From: Oscillospiraceae bacterium
Lineage (GTDB): Bacteria > Bacillota > Clostridia > Oscillospirales > Acutalibacteraceae
Direction of reading: 5' to 3'
NCBI GenBank assembly: GCA_015066365.1
Contig: SVON01000003.1
Location: 61,416 to 125,415 of the forward strand
Length of the DNA: 64,000 nucleotides
Each line of letters opens with the position of its first letter. The first letter of the stretch is position 1. The translations under genes were made by a program, and so were the position numbers. This document shows positions 55,013 to 64,000 of the stretch, one piece after another. The notes below the pieces were generated by a model. The model searched no databases. It was not told where the DNA came from and was given only the letters and a program-made list of their open reading frames with translations.

Positions 55013-57058
55013 ATGAGTAGAGCCAAAACAAAGGCAATACTGCCCATTCTGTGCTCAATCGCCTTGTTGTTCTGTGCCTTTGGTGCGACCTACGCCTCCG
55101 GTAAAAACCCGGAGGAGCGCAGCACCGCCACCGGCATTGATATGATCTTGGAGCGCGACGGCTATATCGAGGGTATTTGGTACCCCTGGTTCCAGCATAC
55201 CTGGCTGGGTCACTGCTTGACCGGCAACGATATGATGGCCGATGTGCTCAACAGCGATAACCCCTTGAAGGTTGGTCTCGACCAGTATGGTGAGATCAAC
55301 ATTTATCGTGAGATCTACAACCTGAAGGCTTTGGGTTTCAACCTCCTCGGTTACGAAGGTTCTCCCTTCGGCGAGGGTGTTATTTATGATCAGAACGGCG
55401 ACGTGCTGGGCATCAAAGAAGAGTACCTGAACAATGTCCGCCGTTTCCTGGACATCTGTCGAGAGGTCGGTATGCCGGTTCTGTGGACCGTTTGCTTCCA
55501 CACCACCGCCGCCAACGATCTGTACGACGATGGTCGTCTGATTTGGGACCGTGTGTCTCAGGCTTATGCCAACCCCGAGGTGGCCGATCACTACGCCGAG
55601 CGTTTTGTGAAGCCCCTGTGTAAGGTGTTGGGCGAGTATCCCGAGACCGTTGTGATGGTCTCTGCCGGCGTTGAGCTGGAGAATGAGATCAACGATAGCG
55701 AGATCGGTAACTACTTCGATCAGCGTTACAACTACGGTGTTACCCAGGAGGCGATGCTGTACTTCATCAATGCGGTGAACTCTATGGTGAAGAAGCAGCT
55801 GCCCAACGTGGACACCACCATCGCTTCCACCTCCAAGGATATGTCCATCTACGAGGGGATCGATTTCGATTACATCGGTAAGAACCACTACACCATCAGC
55901 GCTCACGCTCCCGACATTGCCGAGATGCGTGGCACCACCCCCATGCTGGTCACCGAGTTCGGTCTGGGTGACGGCGTCGTGGTGGAGGATGAGGTTTGGA
56001 CCATTAAGCAGATTCAGTTCCGTGACAACTTTGTCAACGCCGGCTATAAGGGCTGGATGTACTGGTGCTGGTCCAACCAGGGCTACGGCGGTCCCTACGA
56101 CCTGCTGGTGGCCGGTGGTAAGTCCACCACCGAGTTCCGCGCCGGTGCTTTTACCATTAAGTACAACGCGGATTATATGAAGGCGATGCACAAGGGCGAA
56201 GAGATTGTTCTGGATGCGCCGGTCCTGTTCTGTAACAAGGGCTCCGGCACCGTGGAGTGGATCTCTTCCCGCCAGGCTACCAAGCTGTCCCTGCTCCGTT
56301 CTCTGGACGGTGGTAAGAGCTGGAAGACCCTGCTGAAGAAGGTGGATCCCACCGAGTACGAGGCAGACTTCAAGGGCACTTACGTGGACGAGGTTGTGGC
56401 CAATATGCAGCCGGATGGCACCAAGGTGATGTATAAGATGGTCGCTTATGACGACGACGGCAACGTGCGTGAGTCTGAGCCCTCCAACAACGCCACCGTG
56501 GTTGGCCCTCCCGTGAACATTCTGGCCAACTACAACTGCAGCTTCGAGGACGGCCTGGATGGCTGGCAGGAGTTTGGTACCAATGGTGAGACCGGTAACT
56601 ATACCGCCACCATCGTGGATCTTGGCAAGGACGCTCCCGACGGCAAAAAGGTTCTGGAGTTCAAGCAGAACACCGGTAAGGGCGAGTGGTCCGGTATCCA
56701 CATGGATGGTATCGACGTTAAGCCCAACACCCAGTATAAGATCATCTTGAAGTACAAGATCGCTCCCGAGGCCGAGTTTGGGTACGACGTATCCGACGAG
56801 GTCAACAAGATGTCCGGTTACTTCTTTATCCGCGGCATCGGCGCCGATGGCACCGGTACCGGTAAGGGCGACATCTACGATGAGTCTATCGCCTGTATGT
56901 ATATGCTGCGCGGTAGCAAACTGGAGTGGAAGGACGACAGCATCAGCTTTAAGACCAACGAGAGTGGCAAGCTGGGTCTGGACCTGCGTTGCGTCCACTA
57001 TCTGGGCGTCCCGGTCCACTATTACATCGACAGCATTGAGTTGTACGAAGTTCTGTAA
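55013..57058 (+). CDS. secreted clan GH-A-like glycoside hydrolase paralog plus Fn3/Ig-like and C-terminal CBM4/9-like domains
   Basis: ILERDGYIEGIWYPWF, IYNLKALGFNLLGYEGS, ELENEIND and LVTEFGLGDG. An alternative ATG at 55004 is possible. Confidence 0.7.
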   Translation: MSRAKTKAILPILCSIALLFCAFGATYASGKNPEERSTATGIDMILERDGYIEGIWYPWFQHTWLGHCLTGNDMMADVLNSDNPLKVGLDQYGEINIYREIYNLKALGFNLLGYEGSPFGEGVIYDQNGDVLGIKEEYLNNVRRFLDICREVGMPVLWTVCFHTTAANDLYDDGRLIWDRVSQAYANPEVADHYAERFVKPLCKVLGEYPETVVMVSAGVELENEINDSEIGNYFDQRYNYGVTQEAMLYFINAVNSMVKKQLPNVDTTIASTSKDMSIYEGIDFDYIGKNHYTISAHAPDIAEMRGTTPMLVTEFGLGDGVVVEDEVWTIKQIQFRDNFVNAGYKGWMYWCWSNQGYGGPYDLLVAGGKSTTEFRAGAFTIKYNADYMKAMHKGEEIVLDAPVLFCNKGSGTVEWISSRQATKLSLLRSLDGGKSWKTLLKKVDPTEYEADFKGTYVDEVVANMQPDGTKVMYKMVAYDDDGNVRESEPSNNATVVGPPVNILANYNCSFEDGLDGWQEFGTNGETGNYTATIVDLGKDAPDGKKVLEFKQNTGKGEWSGIHMDGIDVKPNTQYKIILKYKIAPEAEFGYDVSDEVNKMSGYFFIRGIGADGTGTGKGDIYDESIACMYMLRGSKLEWKDDSISFKTNESGKLGLDLRCVHYLGVPVHYYIDSIELYEVL

Positions 57059-57073
57059 GGAGGTGGAGAGAAT

Positions 57074-60000
57074 ATGTTGAATATGAAAAAAGCATTGGCT
57101 CTCCTGGCCTCCTTGCTGCTGTTGTGCAGCTTGGTTCCTGTGGGTGCTCTGTTGGCCGCCAATGCGGACGACAACAACATCGTGGTCAACGGTGATTTTG
57201 AAAACGGCAGCAACGGCTGGAATATGAGCAGCTATGCTACCATTGTGGATACTGCTCACGCCGGCAACGGCGCTCTGAAGCTGGAGAATCCCTCCGCTTG
57301 GGGCGAGGCCGCCACTCAGATTGTGAACGTTGATTCCAACACTGAGTACACCGTGATCTGGTATTCCAAACGCGTGTCCGGCACCGGCGCTTTCGATCTG
57401 TTCATTATGAACAACAACGGCTACGCCAATCTGGACCGCGAGGGTCCCAACTGGATGAACGAGACCTCCGGCAACTGGGTTAAGAATCAGTGCGTGGTGA
57501 AGACCGGCACCGCTACCCAGGTGATGCTGAAGTTCTCCTGCGAAGTGCCCAATGCCGGCGTCATCCTGGTGGATGACCTGACTATGGTCAAGAAGGGTGG
57601 CAGCACCCCCGAGCCCGATCTGCCGGGTTCTGATACGGTCCTGTCTCTGGACTTCAACGACGGTTCCGTCAACGGCTTCTCCGGTGGCGCCTCTGTCGTT
57701 GCCGACGGTCCCGACGGTAGCAACTGCCTGAAGTGGACTGCTGCCGGCAACTGGGGCTGTACCGAAAAGGCTGGCGTGATCGTTAAGCCTAACACCGATT
57801 ATACCGCTACCTTTATGGTGAAGGCCAGCGTGGCCGGCTCCATGGGTATCACCATCCAGAATGGTGACTGGGGCGCTTGGCTGAACTGCCCCGCCTTTGC
57901 GGTTACCACCGAGTGGAAGAAGGTTGTCTATACCTTTAACACCGCTACTTATCCCAACGCCAGCGGCGCCATCCTGTTCAAGTTCCAGGATGTGGGTCAG
58001 GCGATGGATCTGTACATTGACGACCTGGTTATCGTTGAGGGCACCGGCACCCCCGATGAGCCCGATAATCCCCCCGAGGTGACCGTCGCCAACGGCGATT
58101 TTGAGACTGGTGATGAGACCGGTTGGCAGATTCACCAGTCTACCGCGATTGAGGCTGGCGCTGCCCACGACGGTTCGTATGGTGCCCATCTGAAGGGCGT
58201 CGGCGGCTGGGGCGGTATGCTGAATCAGGCTATCACCGTCACTGCCGGCAGCTCCTATGAGCTGACCTTCTGGATCAAGGTGAATGCCAACGGCGTGAAT
58301 ATGCAGCTCAAGGACGGCGGCGAGACCGGTTCTAACCTGGTCGGCGACTGGTTCGACGTCAGTGGTGCCGGTGACTGGACTGAGAAGAAGTACATTGTTA
58401 CCCCCACCACCGAGGTGCTGTTCATTAACTTCTGCGGCGCCGGTAACGGCACCGCCGAGGACGCTTACGTGGATAGCTTTACCATCACCGAGCTGAAAGA
58501 GGCTTCTTTTGACGGCTATATCACCAATGGTGATTTCGAGACCGGCAAGATCGACGGCTGGGAGAACCTGTGGGGTTCCTGCAGCGTGGAGATCGTGGGT
58601 GGCCGTAACGGCGGCTCCGCTCTGAAGCTTTCCTGCAACCAGTGGCAGCTCTTCCGTCAGATCGTTGAAGTAGAGCCCAACACCGATTACGTGGTGCACG
58701 CTTACTCCAAGGATGCGGCCAATATGGCTCTGATCGCCAAGACCTGTCCTGCCGACCAGAACATACCCGGTGCCAACGTATCCTTTGCCTCCGGTTCCGG
58801 CTGGTCTAAGACCACTATGGAGTTCAACTCCGGCAATACCAACCAGATTTATCTGGCTCTGATGGGTGCCGATAATGGTGCTACCGGTATCTTTGATGAC
58901 TTTGCTATGTACAAGAAGGGTGACGAGCCCGGCGGCGACGACCCCGATCAGCCTATCGATCCTGCCTATCCCACCGAGTTGGTTAACGGCGACTTCGAGA
59001 AGGGTGAAGAGGGCTGGACCCTGGCCGCTTCCGCCAGCATTGTGAGCGACAACACCCATAAGGGTACCGGCGCTCTGAAGATCGAGAATCCCTCTTTATG
59101 GAGTGAGGCTGTTGTGCAGGCCGTGTCCGTGCAGAAGGACACCAACTACGTGATCACCTGGTACTCCAAGCGCGTGAGCGGTGCAGGCTCCTTCAACCTG
59201 ATCCTGATGAACGATGCCGACCACAACTATTCCGTGGTAAGCGGTCAGAACTGGATGAACGAGACCTCCGGCGACTGGGTGAAGAACGAGGTTATTATCA
59301 ACACCGGTTCTCAGAATGTGATCAAGTTTAAGTTCACCTCTGAGGTCAACGACGCCGGTGTCATCCTGATCGACGACGTTCAGATGATCATTGAGGGCTC
59401 TGAGCCGGTGGATCCCACCGCCAGCCTGATCAAGAACGGCTCCTTTGAGGACGGTAAGGACGATTGGTCTTGGGGCGGCGAGTCTGCCGTAGCCGACGAT
59501 CCTTACGAGGGTTCTCACTCTGCGAAGTTGGTCAACAACTCTGCTTGGGGTGTAGGTATCGAGCAGGTCGTTAAGGTGGAGAAGAACACCGACTACGTGC
59601 TGCGTTTCTACACCAAGCGTGTCACCGGCGCTGGTGTCTGGGTTCTGTCTCTGATGGACAACGACACCGTCAACGTGACCAACGTCAACATCGAGGCTAC
59701 CTCCGGTCAAAAGTGGTTTAGCCACACCACCACCAACAAGTGGGAGGAGCACATCATCGAGTTCAACTCCGGTGAGGTGACCAAGGTTCTGGTGAAATTC
59801 GGCCCCGAGGCCGACAATGCCGGTTCCTTCCTGGTGGACTATATCGGTATGTGGACCAAGGGCAACGAGCCCTCTCCCGACAACCCCGATAACCCCGACA
59901 ATCCTGTGGTGCCTCCCAAGGCCCAGATGTTTATGACCTCGTTCGGCGTGTTGAACAACCGTCCCATCAGCAACGAGGACAACCTGCTGACCAACGCCAG

Positions 60001-61354
60001 CTTTGAGAAGTCCGGCGGTCAGTGGAAAGAGGGCTTCACCGGCGAGACCGTCTCTGTGGTGAAGGATTCTACCACTCTGTTTGGCAGCAAGAGCCTGTAC
60101 TTCAATACCGCCGGTATCAAAGAGGAGACCAAGATGATCTTCTGGCTCGACCTGGCTCCTGAGACCGACTATGTATTCTCCACCTGGCTGAAGGGTGCCT
60201 TCCTGGCCGACGATAACAGCGGTCTGGCCACCATCGGTATCGTGGATGAAAACGGTCGTTTCCTAGCCCAGTACGTTGAGAGCGACATCAAGCGCTTCCT
60301 CAATGGTAAGCGTCAGATCGTCCCCACCGCCTGGGATAACGAGTGGCACATTCGCGGTATTGAGTTCAACACCGGCGAGTGCACTAAGGTGGGTATCGCT
60401 TTGGCCGGTACCAACTCTCAGATGTGGATCGACGATATGGCTCTGTTTGAGGTCGGCCAGGGCAAGAAGTATATGTCTGCCAATGCGGCCGGTAACGTCT
60501 CTCTGAGCTACGATATCGACTCCAACGCCATCGCCTGTAAGGATAAGGACAGCCTGATTCCCGATCCTACCTTTAGCAAGGGTACCAACGATTTCTGGAA
60601 ATCCAGCTATGGTTGGAAGAATGGCTTCCTGAGCGTTGTCGGCAACAAGTACGAGTACGGCAAGTCTCTGAAGTACACCTACTCCAAGGATACGGCGCCT
60701 CTGTCGGTCATCAAGACCATTGAGGTTGAGCCCAACACCGATTACACCTTTGTTGTGGATCTGAAGATTCTGGAGGATGGTTGGGGCAAGCTGATGCTGT
60801 GCGACGGTAAGAAGCGTGAGCCCGTCTCCTTCCTGGAGGTCAGCTTCGACTCTTACGATTACGACCCCGAGGCCAGCTACTATGGTTGGTATACCACCGT
60901 CTGCAAGTTCAATACCGACGTATACGACAAGATCTCTCTGGTCATCCTCAACGATGGTGGTCAGGCGTTGTTGGATAATATGCGTCTGTTCAAGAGCGAG
61001 AAGGGCATCAAGAACACCGATGCGTTTACGCCTCCTCCCGAGGAGCCTACGCCCGATGTTCCGCCCTCTGACAACAACTGGTGGACCGACTATCCTGTGA
61101 TCGATGATCCCGTGATCGATGATCCCGTGATCGACGATCCCCTGCAGGGTGGTACCGACGATCCCTACGTGGAGGATGAGCCCATCGAGGCGCCCAGCAA
61201 GCCCATCAAGCTGGTTCCCACCGTGGCCAAGACGGACAACAGTGCTTGGCTGTGGGTCGGCATTGGCGGCGGCATCCTGCTGTTGGCCGGTGCCAGCGCG
61301 TTCCTGTTCTTCTTCCTGAAGAAGAAAAAGAGCACTCCTCCTGCTGCGGAATAA
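57074..61354 (+). CDS. 1426-aa cell-surface multi-CBM array protein with a C-terminal TM anchor
   Basis: Signal peptide. At least eight NG(D/S)FE..(G)W...PNT(D/E)Y modules. PVIDD repeated three times. Terminal hydrophobic segment plus KKKKS tail, with no LPXTG motif. Confidence 0.75.
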   Translation: MLNMKKALALLASLLLLCSLVPVGALLAANADDNNIVVNGDFENGSNGWNMSSYATIVDTAHAGNGALKLENPSAWGEAATQIVNVDSNTEYTVIWYSKRVSGTGAFDLFIMNNNGYANLDREGPNWMNETSGNWVKNQCVVKTGTATQVMLKFSCEVPNAGVILVDDLTMVKKGGSTPEPDLPGSDTVLSLDFNDGSVNGFSGGASVVADGPDGSNCLKWTAAGNWGCTEKAGVIVKPNTDYTATFMVKASVAGSMGITIQNGDWGAWLNCPAFAVTTEWKKVVYTFNTATYPNASGAILFKFQDVGQAMDLYIDDLVIVEGTGTPDEPDNPPEVTVANGDFETGDETGWQIHQSTAIEAGAAHDGSYGAHLKGVGGWGGMLNQAITVTAGSSYELTFWIKVNANGVNMQLKDGGETGSNLVGDWFDVSGAGDWTEKKYIVTPTTEVLFINFCGAGNGTAEDAYVDSFTITELKEASFDGYITNGDFETGKIDGWENLWGSCSVEIVGGRNGGSALKLSCNQWQLFRQIVEVEPNTDYVVHAYSKDAANMALIAKTCPADQNIPGANVSFASGSGWSKTTMEFNSGNTNQIYLALMGADNGATGIFDDFAMYKKGDEPGGDDPDQPIDPAYPTELVNGDFEKGEEGWTLAASASIVSDNTHKGTGALKIENPSLWSEAVVQAVSVQKDTNYVITWYSKRVSGAGSFNLILMNDADHNYSVVSGQNWMNETSGDWVKNEVIINTGSQNVIKFKFTSEVNDAGVILIDDVQMIIEGSEPVDPTASLIKNGSFEDGKDDWSWGGESAVADDPYEGSHSAKLVNNSAWGVGIEQVVKVEKNTDYVLRFYTKRVTGAGVWVLSLMDNDTVNVTNVNIEATSGQKWFSHTTTNKWEEHIIEFNSGEVTKVLVKFGPEADNAGSFLVDYIGMWTKGNEPSPDNPDNPDNPVVPPKAQMFMTSFGVLNNRPISNEDNLLTNASFEKSGGQWKEGFTGETVSVVKDSTTLFGSKSLYFNTAGIKEETKMIFWLDLAPETDYVFSTWLKGAFLADDNSGLATIGIVDENGRFLAQYVESDIKRFLNGKRQIVPTAWDNEWHIRGIEFNTGECTKVGIALAGTNSQMWIDDMALFEVGQGKKYMSANAAGNVSLSYDIDSNAIACKDKDSLIPDPTFSKGTNDFWKSSYGWKNGFLSVVGNKYEYGKSLKYTYSKDTAPLSVIKTIEVEPNTDYTFVVDLKILEDGWGKLMLCDGKKREPVSFLEVSFDSYDYDPEASYYGWYTTVCKFNTDVYDKISLVILNDGGQALLDNMRLFKSEKGIKNTDAFTPPPEEPTPDVPPSDNNWWTDYPVIDDPVIDDPVIDDPLQGGTDDPYVEDEPIEAPSKPIKLVPTVAKTDNSAWLWVGIGGGILLLAGASAFLFFFLKKKKSTPPAAE
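61094..61138 (+). repeat. in-frame 15-bp tandem repeat, 3 copies (PVIDD)
   Basis: cctgtgatcgatgat / cccgtgatcgatgat / cccgtgatcgacgat. Confidence 0.9.
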
Positions 61355-61372
61355 GCAGTAGCCTAACCTAAT

Positions 61373-61410
61373 AAAAACCGGCAAGCAAACATATTTGCTT
61401 GCCGGTTTTT
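61373..61410 (+). terminator. rho-independent terminator
   Basis: aaaaaccggcaagcaaa / tttgcttgccggttttt. Confidence 0.85.
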
Positions 61411-61437
61411 CTATGTCCTGCGACACCCAGCACAACA

Positions 61438-61480
61438 CAAAAAGGCCCGGAACCTAGTGGCTAGGTTCCGGGCTTTTTTT
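61438..61480. terminator. second, bidirectional terminator (serves the convergent AraC gene)
   Basis: aaaaaggcccggaacctag / ctaggttccgggcttttttt. Confidence 0.8.
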
Positions 61481-61488
61481 GTGATGGA

Positions 61489-62406
61489 TTATAGGTCGTA
61501 GGAGTCAGCGATCTCGGTCTGGATTTCTTTTTCCTTATACTGGCTCTTAAACTGATTTTGATACTCCTTGGGGGTGATACCGTAACGGGATTTGAACACC
61601 GAAATAAAGTAGGAGGTGGCAGAGAAACCGGACTGGGCCGACACCGTCTCGATGTTCAGGTTGGGGTTCTCCAGCAGCTTGGCGGCGTATTGCAGACGCA
61701 GATCGGCGATCATCTGCATACAGGTGGTGCCGGTGGACTGCTTAAACAGCAGGGCCAGATGGTTGGGGGAGACGTGGGCCTTTTCACCCAACTCCTGCAT
61801 GGTGATCTTTTTGCGGAAGTTATAAAAAATATACTGCAGGGTCTGGTGGACCACCGGGTTGGCGGCGCTGTATGTAGGCAGCCCTTGCTTTTCAGTGTGG
61901 GTATCCCGAATGATGTGCAGACAGATATAGGACAGCATCAGCTGGATCCGCAGGCTCTGCGGGTTGGCCATTGCAAAGCAGTAGATGAGCTCGTTGAGCA
62001 GCATCAGAAGCCGGTTGTAATCCGCCTCGTTCAGCTTGGCGGTATGGATATGGTTGTGCTGCAACAGCAGATCTCGCACCTCGTTGGAGATGGCTTGCTC
62101 GTCAAACCGCAGGTGTACCACGTGCAGGTCGGTGCCGGGGTCCGGCACCAGAGCGTGGATGTCCATCGGGGTCAGCAGATAGGCACAGCCGGCCGATAGG
62201 GGATAGTTATTGCCGTTGTACTGGTGCACGCCGGTGCCGTCCAGCACGATCTCGATCTCAAAATAGTCGTGCCAGTGCAGGTCACGGCTCTCCCATTGGT
62301 CTTTGACGATGCGCTCGTCCAGCGCCAAAAAGAAGGGACTTTGCATCCGATACATATAGCCTTGATCGGCGGAAATAAAATGCGAGGGAGCAATCGGCTT
62401 AATCAT
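61489..62406 (-). CDS. AraC family transcriptional regulator
   Basis: Cupin-like N-terminus. C-terminal HTH pair (MQELGEKAHVSPNHLALLFKQSTG...GFSATSYFISVFKSRYGITPKEYQ). Confidence 0.85.
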   Translation of the reverse strand: MIKPIAPSHFISADQGYMYRMQSPFFLALDERIVKDQWESRDLHWHDYFEIEIVLDGTGVHQYNGNNYPLSAGCAYLLTPMDIHALVPDPGTDLHVVHLRFDEQAISNEVRDLLLQHNHIHTAKLNEADYNRLLMLLNELIYCFAMANPQSLRIQLMLSYICLHIIRDTHTEKQGLPTYSAANPVVHQTLQYIFYNFRKKITMQELGEKAHVSPNHLALLFKQSTGTTCMQMIADLRLQYAAKLLENPNLNIETVSAQSGFSATSYFISVFKSRYGITPKEYQNQFKSQYKEKEIQTEIADSYDL

Positions 62407-62577
62407 ACATACCTCCCTAGGGTACTAAACTTTTAATCTCCACAATCATTATATCAATATTTCACAAAAAATCAAGTATTTTTTTATGAACATATCATTT
62501 TTTAACGAAAAAAGCCCCCTGTTCCGGGTGTTCCGGGACAGGGGGCCTGGTTATTGGGGTTGGAATGTCAGCGCGTT

Positions 62578-64000
62578 TTAGCCGGTGTACTCCTCATCGG
62601 AGGTAGCGGTAACCACACGCCAGGATTCGTAAACGGTGGGATCGGCTTCCATGGTGTCGCCCTTATCGGTGTTTTTCGCACCGGCACTCTTCAGGTTATG
62701 GATACCATTGGCATCATAACGACCGAGGATGACCGAACCATCCTTCTGAATGCGGAACACAGACATAGTCAGAGCGCCGTCAGCGCCATTGACAGTCGTA
62801 CCGTAGTAGCCGATGTAACCGGCGGTCATGTAGGTGAAGTTGAGGGTCACCTCAGCGGGTACCAGATAGTTGGCGTAATCCGGGATCAGCATGGTGTCGC
62901 CCTTCTTCAGATACACAGAGCCGCCGCCAATGTAGTTATCGTAACCGCTGGAGTGGTTGTGCCCATACAGGAAGATGATGTTCAGACCAGCCTCACCTGC
63001 CTCGTTCAGAACCTCTACGATGGGGGCGGCAGTACGGGCGTTCTTGCCGCTAACGGTACGCATAGAGAAGTTCAGCGGCACGTGGCTCACCACGAAGATG
63101 GGCTTGTTCCAATCGGAAGCCACCTTCTCATCCAGATAGGCATCCAGCTCCTTAGCGGCAAATTCACCGCCTTCGCCCAGGTCGGTGTAGCTATCTTCGT
63201 TGATGATGTACAGACCATAGGGGGCGTTGAAGGGATCGTTGTTGCCCTCCTTGGTCAGGCCAACGGTTTCTTTAGGATCGTGGTTGCCCTGAGAGTAGAA
63301 CTTGTTGTTGTACACAACCTTGGAGATCTCCGCATCCAGACCGGCCAGACCGGCAGAGGTCTCCGGCTCGGAAGTGCCGGCGGAATAGTCACCGCCGGAG
63401 ATGAAACCGTCAAACAGACCGTAGCCATCGTCCGCCATAGCGCCCAGAATGCTACGCACGGTCTCACGACCGGCTTCGATGTTACCACCGATGGGCTGGA
63501 AGTCAGAGCCAGCGATGATGATGGTCTCGGACAGATCCGACACGTTGGCGGGATCGTACATGGCGTGGGCCACGGAGCGGGCGATGTCATAATAGTCGTC
63601 GGCGATCTCGGCGGGGTAGTAGCCTACCTGGTCCAGGGTGTCGCCGGTGATCAGCGCGTACCAAGCGGTGGCGGTGATATAGTCGGCGATGGCGTCGTTC
63701 ATCACGCCATCAATACCGCGGAAGTTCTCCACAGCGGTATAGGAGGGGACGGACTCGGCGCCGGTCAGAGCGGCAATGCCCAGGCTCTCATCGTTGTCAA
63801 AGTAGAGAGTGGCATCGGTAGCAGCATCCACCTGGTTGATGAGAGCCTGCGCCTCATCATCGGCAGAGTCGATGATGACGTAGTCCCAATCCTCTGCCAA
63901 AACAGCATCGGCAGTGGTCTCGATGGTGGTCCACTGACCGTACTGGTAGCGGGCATAGGTGTCGCCCACCAGGCTACCCAGCACCAGGCTGTCATAGTCG
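62578..64000 (-). CDS. calcineurin-like metallophosphoesterase domain protein (5' end probably outside window)
   Basis: GSDFQ, SGGDY, SQGNHD and FLYGHNHS metallophosphatase motifs. The frame stays open to the window edge beyond the GTG at 63984. Confidence 0.75.
   Translation of the reverse strand, partial: DYDSLVLGSLVGDTYARYQYGQWTTIETTADAVLAEDWDYVIIDSADDEAQALINQVDAATDATLYFDNDESLGIAALTGAESVPSYTAVENFRGIDGVMNDAIADYITATAWYALITGDTLDQVGYYPAEIADDYYDIARSVAHAMYDPANVSDLSETIIIAGSDFQPIGGNIEAGRETVRSILGAMADDGYGLFDGFISGGDYSAGTSEPETSAGLAGLDAEISKVVYNNKFYSQGNHDPKETVGLTKEGNNDPFNAPYGLYIINEDSYTDLGEGGEFAAKELDAYLDEKVASDWNKPIFVVSHVPLNFSMRTVSGKNARTAAPIVEVLNEAGEAGLNIIFLYGHNHSSGYDNYIGGGSVYLKKGDTMLIPDYANYLVPAEVTLNFTYMTAGYIGYYGTTVNGADGALTMSVFRIQKDGSVILGRYDANGIHNLKSAGAKNTDKGDTMEADPTVYESWRVVTATSDEEYTG

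Noticed and set aside
57074-61354. Considered whether the giant repeat protein is a cellulosomal scaffoldin or an S-layer/LPXTG adhesin.
   Set aside because: I could not recognise cohesin or dockerin (no Ca-binding DxDxDG pairs), SLH motifs or LPXTG. It is described only as a CBM array with a TM anchor.

Overview
This is a GC-rich Gram-positive chromosome segment of the spore-forming Clostridia type. Evidence: Spo0A, a T-box leader, GGAGG-type RBSs, lipobox lipoproteins and rho-independent terminators. All calls come from reading the ORF translations and the DNA by eye; no searches were run. Positions 1-21 kb are mostly housekeeping. They hold the ilvE 3' end, an AT-rich orphan gene, and a T-box-controlled operon (LeuA-like protein with degenerate catalytic motifs, a TIM-barrel/acyl-CoA-ligase fusion, an amidohydrolase). 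They also hold an XRE/DUF2975-like module, plsC, a sigma factor, glyQS, an FTR-like protein plus thioredoxin, spo0A, two tandem RumA-type methyltransferases, a MATE pump, and two tRNAs (CAU and Trp) followed by tRNA-Trp 3' fragments. Positions 21-62 kb are an accessory glycan-utilisation super-locus. It contains three paralogous two-gene cassettes (a secreted clan-A-like glycosidase followed by a multi-CBM protein). It also contains a 16-kb operon-like block: GH2, a 1001-aa solute-binding protein, two permeases, an NHL/TPR/Yip1-like membrane protein, a 799-aa lipoprotein, two more permeases and GH130. That block has no ATPase or regulator and is bracketed by inverted histidine-phosphatase paralogs. 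Other genes here are two tandem Lgt-family paralogs with a Cys-rich variant motif, an orphan SBP, two AraC regulators and a LytTR/DUF3021-like pair. The best candidates for uncharacterised biology are the NHL/Yip1 plus large-lipoprotein ABC locus, the T-box operon with a likely inactive LeuA homolog, and the variant Lgt pair. Long antisense ORFs across the window were treated as GC-driven artefacts. No CRISPR array, transposase or integrase was seen.
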